This document shows positions 57,184-64,000 of a stretch of 64,000 bases of DNA, one piece after another. The stretch's first letter is position 1. Every line of letters begins with the position of its first letter. Origin of the DNA: Candidatus Altimarinota bacterium (lineage in GTDB: Bacteria > Patescibacteriota > Gracilibacteria > CAIRYL01 > GCA-016699755); the NCBI GenBank assembly GCA_963664295.1, contig OY760935.1, positions 192,001 through 256,000 of the forward strand, written 5' to 3'. A program made the translations under genes and the position numbers. The notes below the pieces were generated by a model. The model was not told where the DNA came from. It saw nothing but the letters and a program-made list of their open reading frames with translations, and searched no databases.

Positions 57184-58149
57184 TTATTGCTCAATCAATT
57201 CTCCAAGTAAGTGATTTGGATTTGCTCTATAAGTCAAAACTTCTAGGTTGTATTTGCTTGCTCTTTTTAAGTAATCCGCCAGTTTGTTAGTAGAAATATA
57301 CTCAACACTAAGTAGTTTTTTACCATCTTTTTGCAGATTGATAATATCTACCATATTAAAAAAATTGCTTACATAATTTTCTTCAAAGAAAATATCCTCT
57401 AAAACAACACCATCAAGCCAAGTTAAATAACGAGCCTTATTCTTTTTTGTGCAATTTCGTGTGATTTTAAAGCCATTTTCTGCTACCAAAATCATGTCTA
57501 TGTTTTTTTCGTTTAAATAGTTATTAATTTTGCCAACAAGGTTCATCATTCTGTTTGTGCTACTTCTTATTGAAGACCTGTTTATATCTACCCAAAAATC
57601 AAAACTATCTACATTGGCAAGATATATGCCATCAAAGTCAGCTTCGATTATTTTCTCTAGATAAGGTTCGATTGCAATATCCCACCAGCTATCTTGCCAG
57701 TATTCTATATAATAACTTCCTTCTTTCAGCGGATTTTCTGCTCCTATGAAGCCTTTTTTGCCATATGGGCAAAGATTTTCCCAGGTGAATTTTTCTTTTT
57801 TCCAGTCATAATAGCGATGAATGCATTCTCTGTTTTTTTCTATTTCTTTTTCCCATTTTGTTTGCCAATAAAAACGCACCAACTCTGCCTCGCCAATGGA
57901 AAGATAGGCTATTATTGTTTTTCCGCTGTCTTTTAATTTTTGTATTTCTTCTTTTGTTATTGCTTTTTCATCTGTGCCATCGAGCGAATAATCAATTACT
58001 AGAATATCAAAATCGCTTTTTTCTAGCTCTTCAAGGTTTATATTTTCTAGTTGATATGCCCAGGTTTTTGCAGAAGAAAAATTACTTTCTGCCTTTGTTA
58101 AAGGCAGAAAAACAAAAAAAGCCATTAAAAAAGAAATAATTTTTTTCAT
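57184..58149 (-). CDS. Secreted TM1410/MJ1477-like (GH114 endo-alpha-1,4-galactosaminidase-like) protein
   Basis: Signal peptide; WAYQLEN, DILVIDYS, IAYLSIGEAE..RFYW, FDGIYLANVD, ENG, LSVEY. Confidence 0.8.
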   Translation of the reverse strand: MKKIISFLMAFFVFLPLTKAESNFSSAKTWAYQLENINLEELEKSDFDILVIDYSLDGTDEKAITKEEIQKLKDSGKTIIAYLSIGEAELVRFYWQTKWEKEIEKNRECIHRYYDWKKEKFTWENLCPYGKKGFIGAENPLKEGSYYIEYWQDSWWDIAIEPYLEKIIEADFDGIYLANVDSFDFWVDINRSSIRSSTNRMMNLVGKINNYLNEKNIDMILVAENGFKITRNCTKKNKARYLTWLDGVVLEDIFFEENYVSNFFNMVDIINLQKDGKKLLSVEYISTNKLADYLKRASKYNLEVLTYRANPNHLLGELIEQ

Positions 58150-59177
58150 TCATCAAAGAAAAATTTACCAAGATAGATAGTATCCACGCCTTTTTCTATA
58201 CTTTTTTCTATTTCAAAGTCAAACTTTTTGATTGTTTCTTCTTTGTATAAAGGAATTGTGTTTTTTTCGCCCAATATTGTTGAGGAGACTATGTAATAGG
58301 CTATTTGTGGTATTTTTTGTTCTATGAAAGATGAGAATATTTTTGATCCACCTTCAACTAATACACTAGAGATATTTTGTTTGTATAAATCTTTGAGGAT
58401 TTTTTTGAGATTAAAATGACCATTTTTGTTTAATTTATAGTCTTTTTCTATGATATGGAGGTAGTTTTTATCTTTGAATACTTTGGCTGTTTTGGGAATT
58501 CTGTTTTCTTTGTCGATTATTATACGAAGAGGGTCTTTTTTTGGTTTTATTCCCCTTGTTGTTAATAGGGGATTGTCTGTTAATACTGTGTCAGAGCCTA
58601 CTAATATTGCATCATATTCTCGTCTTAGTTCTTGAGTAAATTCGTCTGCTTCTTTGCAGGAAATTTTTATTCTTTTGCCTGTTATGCCAATTTTTTCATC
58701 AGCTGATATTGCAGCTTTAAAAGCCACAAAAGGCAATCCAGTTTTTTGGTTATGTATAAAAAATTTGTTCAATAATTTGCATTGATCCTCAAGTATGCCT
58801 ATTTTTGTTTTTATTCCATTGTTTTCTAGCTCTTTTATTCCTTTTCCATTTACTTTTGGATTTGGATCTTTCATGCCAATTATTACTTCTTTTATGCCCG
58901 CTTTGATTATTGCTTTTGTGCAGGGTGGGGTTTTGCCTGTTGTGCAACAAGGTTCAAGATTTACATATAAACTTGCTCCTTTTGCTTTTGTTCCTGCTTT
59001 TTTGATCACTTCTGCTTCTGCATGCGCTTTGCCAAATGCTTTGTGGTAGCCTTTTGTGATTATTTTGTCATTTTTTACAAGCACAGCGCCAACAAGAGGG
59101 TTTGTTTTGGTAAATCCTTTGCCTTTTTTGGCAAGCTCAAGGGCTTCGTTCATGTAGAATTCATCATTTTTTATCAT
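58146..59177 (-). CDS. ribD: Riboflavin biosynthesis deaminase/reductase RibD
   Basis: TNPLVGAVLV, HAE, LEPCC..GKTPPC, DNPLLTTR, VLVEGG. Confidence 0.93.
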   Translation of the reverse strand: MIKNDEFYMNEALELAKKGKGFTKTNPLVGAVLVKNDKIITKGYHKAFGKAHAEAEVIKKAGTKAKGASLYVNLEPCCTTGKTPPCTKAIIKAGIKEVIIGMKDPNPKVNGKGIKELENNGIKTKIGILEDQCKLLNKFFIHNQKTGLPFVAFKAAISADEKIGITGKRIKISCKEADEFTQELRREYDAILVGSDTVLTDNPLLTTRGIKPKKDPLRIIIDKENRIPKTAKVFKDKNYLHIIEKDYKLNKNGHFNLKKILKDLYKQNISSVLVEGGSKIFSSFIEQKIPQIAYYIVSSTILGEKNTIPLYKEETIKKFDFEIEKSIEKGVDTIYLGKFFFDE

Positions 59178-60133
59178 GCAAGGTGGAAAATTTTACCTAA
59201 AAACATAATAAAAATAGCAATTGCCATTAAGCCTTCCCATTTTGTGAATTGTTTGTCTAGGCCAGAGAAAATAAAATATAAAGTTGCAATAGCAACAAAA
59301 GGAAGACCAATAAGTATTGTTTCAGGGGCTACTGTAAGGGCGGATATTGAGCCGGCAATTCCGACAATGCCCAGTGAATTTGCAATATTTGAACCTAAAA
59401 TATTTCCTACTGCCATGGAATAATGTTTTTTGCGAGTCATGACCACAGTGACGAAAATTTCTGGAAAACTGGTACCAACAGCTAGAAAAAACATAGAAGC
59501 AGTATCAGCAGGGATGCCTGCATTGATAGACAATGTTTCTAAATTGGTAATAGTAAAATCAGAGGAAATAGCTACTCCAAAGGCACCAGCCACTATCAAG
59601 CTAAGAAATTTCCAGACTTCTTTGCGACTTGCTTTTATTTTTTCAGCTTCACCAGCTTTTCCATCTACCACTGAAAAAATTACAAAAACCAAAAAACCTA
59701 ATAATAAAAGTAATCCTTCTGCTCTGTTTAAAACGCCATCAGAAAGAAAATAAATTAAAATCGCAGTACCCCCAAAAAGAAAAGGTAAATCAAAATTAAC
59801 AAGCTCGCGATCGACCTTAATATTGCGAAATAACGAGGCAATACCAACACCAAGAAGAATATTGGCAATATTTGAACCAATTACATTACCAGCAACAATT
59901 GGGGTCAGGTCATTTTCCGGAGTGGAGCGCAAAACAGGCACAATAGCAGTGGCAAGCTCAGGAATGCTCGTGCCAATAGCCACCACTGTCACACCAATAA
60001 TAAAATGTGGTATACCTAGTGCTTTTCCTAATTTTTCTGCGTTGTTAACAAAAATATCAGCAAACTTAATAAGTAAAAATAAAGAACCTGCAAAAAGACT
60101 AAAAGGAGCCACAACTGAAACAAATTCAGACAT
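59174..60133 (-). CDS. Calcium/sodium antiporter (YrbG family)
   Basis: Two alpha repeats, GTSIPE...GNVIGSNIANI and GTSFPE...GNILGSNIAN; start MSEFV at 60133. Confidence 0.9.
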   Translation of the reverse strand: MSEFVSVVAPFSLFAGSLFLLIKFADIFVNNAEKLGKALGIPHFIIGVTVVAIGTSIPELATAIVPVLRSTPENDLTPIVAGNVIGSNIANILLGVGIASLFRNIKVDRELVNFDLPFLFGGTAILIYFLSDGVLNRAEGLLLLLGFLVFVIFSVVDGKAGEAEKIKASRKEVWKFLSLIVAGAFGVAISSDFTITNLETLSINAGIPADTASMFFLAVGTSFPEIFVTVVMTRKKHYSMAVGNILGSNIANSLGIVGIAGSISALTVAPETILIGLPFVAIATLYFIFSGLDKQFTKWEGLMAIAIFIMFLGKIFHLA

Positions 60134-60213
60134 TTTAATAAAAATAATACGCCAAAAGTTTAGCAATATTTTTATATATTGAAAATCAGAAAGAAAAAAG
60201 CAAAAATAACAAT

Positions 60214-60609
60214 ATGGAAACATTAGAAATAAGTACTGATAAAAATAAACAAATGGTTAATTTAGACCATAAAATAAAAGCAATTTTGCAAGAACAAGGT
60301 TGGCGAAATGGTGTGCTTACCGTTTTTGTGCCACATACAACTGCAGGGGTGACAATAAATGAAAATGCTGATCCTGATGTTGAAAAAGACATTTTAAGTT
60401 TTTGTCAAAATTTAGTGCCAAGAAACTGGGGATTTGATCATGCGGAAGGTAATTCTGATGCTCATATTCTTAGTTCTTTTTTTGGTTCTAGCTTGCAGGT
60501 TATTGTAGAAAATGGCATTATGGTGCTTGGAACTTGGCAGAGTATATTTTTTTGTGAATTTGATGGGCCAAGAAAGCGTAAAATTTTGTTAGAATTTACT
60601 GAAAAATGA
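60214..60609 (+). CDS. yjbQ: YjbQ/UPF0047 family protein
   Basis: PHTTAGVTINENADPDV, HAEGNSDAH, LGTWQSIFFCEFDGPR. Confidence 0.9.
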   Translation: METLEISTDKNKQMVNLDHKIKAILQEQGWRNGVLTVFVPHTTAGVTINENADPDVEKDILSFCQNLVPRNWGFDHAEGNSDAHILSSFFGSSLQVIVENGIMVLGTWQSIFFCEFDGPRKRKILLEFTEK

Positions 60610-61685
60610 CAAAAATAGTAGTTAAGGTTGGCACTAATGTACTTACAGATGAGGAAGGTAAGTTGGATAATAAGATTATTGCTAATTTAGTTGAGCAAAT
60701 TTCTACTATCAAAAGACAAAAAATAGACATTGCCTTAATTACTTCCGGGGCTGTTGGCGCTGGTAAAAAGAGATATGAACAAGAAGACTCTGTTAAAAAA
60801 AGAGGCTTATTAAGCAAAGAAAAGATAGTACAAAAGCAGGTTTTTGCTTCATTGGGTCAAATTAAGCTCATGGAAACTTATTCTAAGTATTTTTTAAAAC
60901 ATAAGTTTTTTTGTGCTCAGGTTTTGGCTACTAGAGAGGATTTTCGTGACAGAAAACATTACTTAAATATGCGTAATTGCTTACAGGAACTGCTTTCTAA
61001 TCATATTGTTCCAATTATCAATGAAAACGATGTGATTTCTATTCAAGAGCTTATGTTTTCTGATAATGATGAGCTTGCGGCTATGGTTAGTTCTATGATT
61101 AATGCTCAAAAGCTTATTTTGCTTACTAATGTAGATGGTCTTTATGATGGTGATCCAGATGATCCTGATTCTAAATTGATAACAGAAGTAAAAGTTAATG
61201 AAAAATGGGAAAAATATGTTTGTGAAAAAAAATCCAGCTTAGGTAGAGGAGGTATGAGTACAAAATGCAAAATAGGTCAGCGTCTTGGCAAAATGGGCAT
61301 AGAAACAATCCTTGTGAATGGTAAGCAAAAAGATGTTTTATTAAAGGTTATAAAGGGTGATTTTAGGGGAACGACTTTTATGGCCTCAAAGAAGGTAAGT
61401 GCGGTTAAGAAATGGATTGCAGTGGCGCCCGATATCAAACGAGGCGCCATTGTTGTAAATGATGGTGCAAAAGAGGCAATTTTAGACGGAGCAAGTTTGT
61501 TGCCAGTAGGTATTGTTGACATAGAAGGTTATTTTGAAGAAGGTAGCACTGTTTATGTAAAAGGCGAAGATGGTAAAGTTTTTGCTGGTGGTCTTGTGCG
61601 TATGAATTCTAAACAAGCAAAAACAAAAATAGGGCAAAGTAATCAATCTCCTTTAATTCGCAGGGATTACATTTTTTTGTATTAA
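60606..61685 (+). CDS. proB: Glutamate 5-kinase with PUA domain
   Basis: VVKVGT, TSGAVGAG, PIINEND, DNDELAA, GRGGMSTK, SLLPVGI. Confidence 0.95.
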   Translation: MTKIVVKVGTNVLTDEEGKLDNKIIANLVEQISTIKRQKIDIALITSGAVGAGKKRYEQEDSVKKRGLLSKEKIVQKQVFASLGQIKLMETYSKYFLKHKFFCAQVLATREDFRDRKHYLNMRNCLQELLSNHIVPIINENDVISIQELMFSDNDELAAMVSSMINAQKLILLTNVDGLYDGDPDDPDSKLITEVKVNEKWEKYVCEKKSSLGRGGMSTKCKIGQRLGKMGIETILVNGKQKDVLLKVIKGDFRGTTFMASKKVSAVKKWIAVAPDIKRGAIVVNDGAKEAILDGASLLPVGIVDIEGYFEEGSTVYVKGEDGKVFAGGLVRMNSKQAKTKIGQSNQSPLIRRDYIFLY

Positions 61686-61688
61686 ATC

Positions 61689-62489
61689 ATGAAAACTATT
61701 GGCTTAATTGGTTTTGGTAATATGGGTGGAGCTATTTTTTCTGCCTTACAAGACTCTGATCTTGAATATGAGTTTGCTATTGCTGATAAAAGTGAAGAAA
61801 AACTATCAGGACTTTTATTAAGTGGGGCCAAGGTTCTTACTTCTACTGATGTTAATGTTGTAATTGAGAAATCAGATATAATAATTATTGCAGTTAAACC
61901 ACAGATTTTTCCTGATTTTTGTGCAGAAATAAAAACTTCTGTGTCAGGAAAATTATTTGTTTCCATTATGGCTGGTGTGAATATTAAAAAAATAACTAGC
62001 TTATTGGGTTCAAATAAAGTAATTCGTACAATGCCAAATTTGCCTGCAATGGTGCAGGCTGGTGTGACTGGATTTTTTGTGCCTTCTGAGATTTCTAACC
62101 AAGAAAAAGAAGAAGTAGTAGCTATTTTGGAAAGTTTTTCTTTTGCTGTTGAAGTTGAAGAGGAAGATGATTTAAACAAGATAACTGCTTTGGCTGGTTC
62201 AGCACCTGCTTATTTTTTCTATTTAACACAAATTTTGCAAAAAAAAGCTACAGAATGTGGATTTGATCCAGAAAAAGCTAGAATAATTGCAGAAACTGTT
62301 TTTGCAGGTAGTGCAAAGGCATTTTTGGAAATTGGTGATAAAAGCGCGGAAGAATGGGTGCAGGCTGTTGCTTCTAAGGGTGGCACTACCGAAGCTGCAT
62401 TAAAATATATGAAAGAAAATAATTTTGAAGAGATTTTTAAAGGAGGTGTTGATAGTGCTATAAAGCGAGGTCAGGAGCTTTCTGAATAA
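61689..62489 (+). CDS. proC: Pyrroline-5-carboxylate reductase
   Basis: GFGNMG, AVKPQ, RTMPN, TALAGSAPAY, VASKGGTT. Confidence 0.95.
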   Translation: MKTIGLIGFGNMGGAIFSALQDSDLEYEFAIADKSEEKLSGLLLSGAKVLTSTDVNVVIEKSDIIIIAVKPQIFPDFCAEIKTSVSGKLFVSIMAGVNIKKITSLLGSNKVIRTMPNLPAMVQAGVTGFFVPSEISNQEKEEVVAILESFSFAVEVEEEDDLNKITALAGSAPAYFFYLTQILQKKATECGFDPEKARIIAETVFAGSAKAFLEIGDKSAEEWVQAVASKGGTTEAALKYMKENNFEEIFKGGVDSAIKRGQELSE

Positions 62490-62503
62490 ATTTTTTATAC
62501 AAC

Positions 62504-63757
62504 ATGAGTCAGGAAATTTTAGAACAAATTAAAAAAGCAGTTCCAGCAAGCAAAAAGCTTGTTTTGATTTCTGAAGATCTTATCAACAAGGTTCTTCAGG
62601 AAATTGCCACAGAGATAGATAAACAGGAGAATTTTTTATTAGAAGAAAATAAAAAAGATCTTGAGCGCATGGATAAAAGCGATCCAAAGCATGATCGTCT
62701 TATGCTTACAAGCGAGAGATTAAAAGGAATTGCAGATTCATTGATCGACATTGCTAATATGCAAAGCCCAATAGGTGAAATAATGGAAGAGAAAACCTTA
62801 GAAAATGGAATAAATTTACAAAAAGTGCGTGTGCCAATGGGTGTTTTGGGCATTGTTTTTGAGGCTCGCCCTAATGTGTTTTTTGATTGTTTTGCTCTTT
62901 CTTTCAAAACTCGTAATGCTTGCGTACTCAAAGGTAGTGCTGATGCGGAAATTTCCAATACTGCTATTTGTAAACTTATTCAAGAAGTTTTGAGAAATAA
63001 TAATCTTGATGAGAATATGGTGGTTTTTCCGCCAAGTAGTCGAGAGTCACTTGCTGTGATGATGAAAGCGCACGGCATTGTTGAATTGCTTATCCCTCGT
63101 GGTGGTCAGGGTTTGATCAATTTTGTTCGTGAAAATTCTCAAATTCCTGTAATAGAAACAGGAGCAGGTATAGTGCATACTTATTTGGACAGTTCCGGTG
63201 ACACAGAAAAAGCTAAAAAAATAATTTTTAACGCAAAAACACAAAGACCAAGTGTTTGCAATGCTTTAGATTGCTTAATTGTTCATAAAGATAAACTTGC
63301 TGATTTGCCTGCTATTTGCGAGCAAATGACAGAAAAAAATGTAGAGATTTATGCAGACGAACAATCTTATCAGGTTTTGAGCAGTTCATATTCTGCAGAA
63401 TTACTCAAGCAAGCCACAGAAAATGATTTTGGAACTGAGTTTTTGGGCTATAAATTATCAATAAAAACAGTAAATAATATGGAAGAGGCAATAGAACATA
63501 TAAGCAAATATTCTTCTCGTCATACAGAAGCAATAATCGCTGAAGATTTAGAAAAAACAGAAGAATTTTTAAAAAGAATTGATGCAACCACTGTTTTTGC
63601 AAATGCCTCCACTCGTTTTACAGACGGAGGAGTTTTTGGGCTTGGTGCGGAAATTGGTATTTCTACTCAAAAACTCCATGCCAGAGGTCCAATGGGGTTA
63701 AAAGAAATCACAACCTACAAATGGCTGGGCAGAGGCAGTGGTCAGACTAGAGAATAA
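62504..63757 (+). CDS. proA: Gamma-glutamyl phosphate reductase
   Basis: VPMGVLGIVFEARPNV, IPRGG, RPSVCNA, NASTRFTDGG, ISTQKLHARGPMGL. Confidence 0.97.
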   Translation: MSQEILEQIKKAVPASKKLVLISEDLINKVLQEIATEIDKQENFLLEENKKDLERMDKSDPKHDRLMLTSERLKGIADSLIDIANMQSPIGEIMEEKTLENGINLQKVRVPMGVLGIVFEARPNVFFDCFALSFKTRNACVLKGSADAEISNTAICKLIQEVLRNNNLDENMVVFPPSSRESLAVMMKAHGIVELLIPRGGQGLINFVRENSQIPVIETGAGIVHTYLDSSGDTEKAKKIIFNAKTQRPSVCNALDCLIVHKDKLADLPAICEQMTEKNVEIYADEQSYQVLSSSYSAELLKQATENDFGTEFLGYKLSIKTVNNMEEAIEHISKYSSRHTEAIIAEDLEKTEEFLKRIDATTVFANASTRFTDGGVFGLGAEIGISTQKLHARGPMGLKEITTYKWLGRGSGQTRE

Positions 63758-63761
63758 TTTA

Positions 63762-64000
63762 TTAAATTAAGCTTCTGCCACCATCAACAATCATAACTTC
63801 GCCAGTAGTGAAGCGAGATTTATCAGAAGCAAGGAAATAAACAGCCTCAGCAATATCCATAGGGTCAGCATAGGTTTTTAGAGGTGTTTGATCGGCTTCT
63901 TTGTTTAATCTTTCTAGATTGCTTTCGTGTAAAGGGGTTCTGGTAAAACCAGGAGCAACACAGTTTACTCGACAGTCAGGGCCAAATTTTTTAGCTAAAG
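63762..64000 (-). CDS. Short-chain dehydrogenase/reductase, C-terminal part (start outside window)
   Basis: Manual translation ...LAKKFGPDCRVNCVAPGFTRTP...DIAEAVYFLASDKSRFTTGEVMIVDGGRSLI-stop. Confidence 0.88.
   Translation of the reverse strand, partial: LAKKFGPDCRVNCVAPGFTRTPLHESNLERLNKEADQTPLKTYADPMDIAEAVYFLASDKSRFTTGEVMIVDGGRSLI

Noticed and set aside
1-64000. Genetic code 25 (UGA=Gly) as in some Gracilibacteria/Absconditabacteria
   Set aside because: Conserved genes are full length under code 11, and TGA ends secE, rplQ, dnaE, trpR, trpE, trpG and trpB, often in ATGA overlaps.

Overview
An AT-rich bacterial chromosome segment. The gene content and order point to Patescibacteria (CPR), most likely a Peregrinibacteria-like lineage using the standard code; this is inferred, not searched. 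Supporting signs: secE-nusG-rplK-rplA with no rplJL, infA-rpmJ-rpsM-rpsK-rpsD-rpoA-rplQ-rplM-rpsI, rpmF-nusB-rnc, tandem PH-domain membrane proteins, an SLH protein, a minor-pilin cluster, no Shine-Dalgarno motifs, and TGA used as a stop. Most of the window is housekeeping: translation, dnaE, dnaB, holA, uvrC, mutM, ruvA, mraY, uppP, rml and GT2 genes, pgi, pyk, folD, tmk. The highlights are: (1) a complete trpR-trpE-trpG-(GNAT)-trpD-trpCF-trpB-trpA operon with a perfect 28-bp TrpR-type operator over its promoter, plus proB-proC-proA and an aspartate 4-decarboxylase-like gene, which is unusual amino-acid biosynthesis for this lineage; (2) a dispersed REP/REPIN-like palindromic family at five intergenic loci, with a length-invariant mosaic 57-nt core, nested mini-hairpin insertions and a 193-bp tandem array; (3) UvrC with a GNAT-like domain inserted in its RNase H-like nuclease domain; (4) an L1-type autoregulatory RNA site separated from rplA by an inserted membrane-protein gene; (5) apparently leaderless transcripts for several non-ribosomal genes; (6) a secreted GH114/TM1410-like protein with Ala in place of the predicted catalytic Asp; (7) a >900-aa acidic lipoprotein that the ORF track missed. 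I found no tRNA, rRNA, CRISPR array, transposase or prophage.
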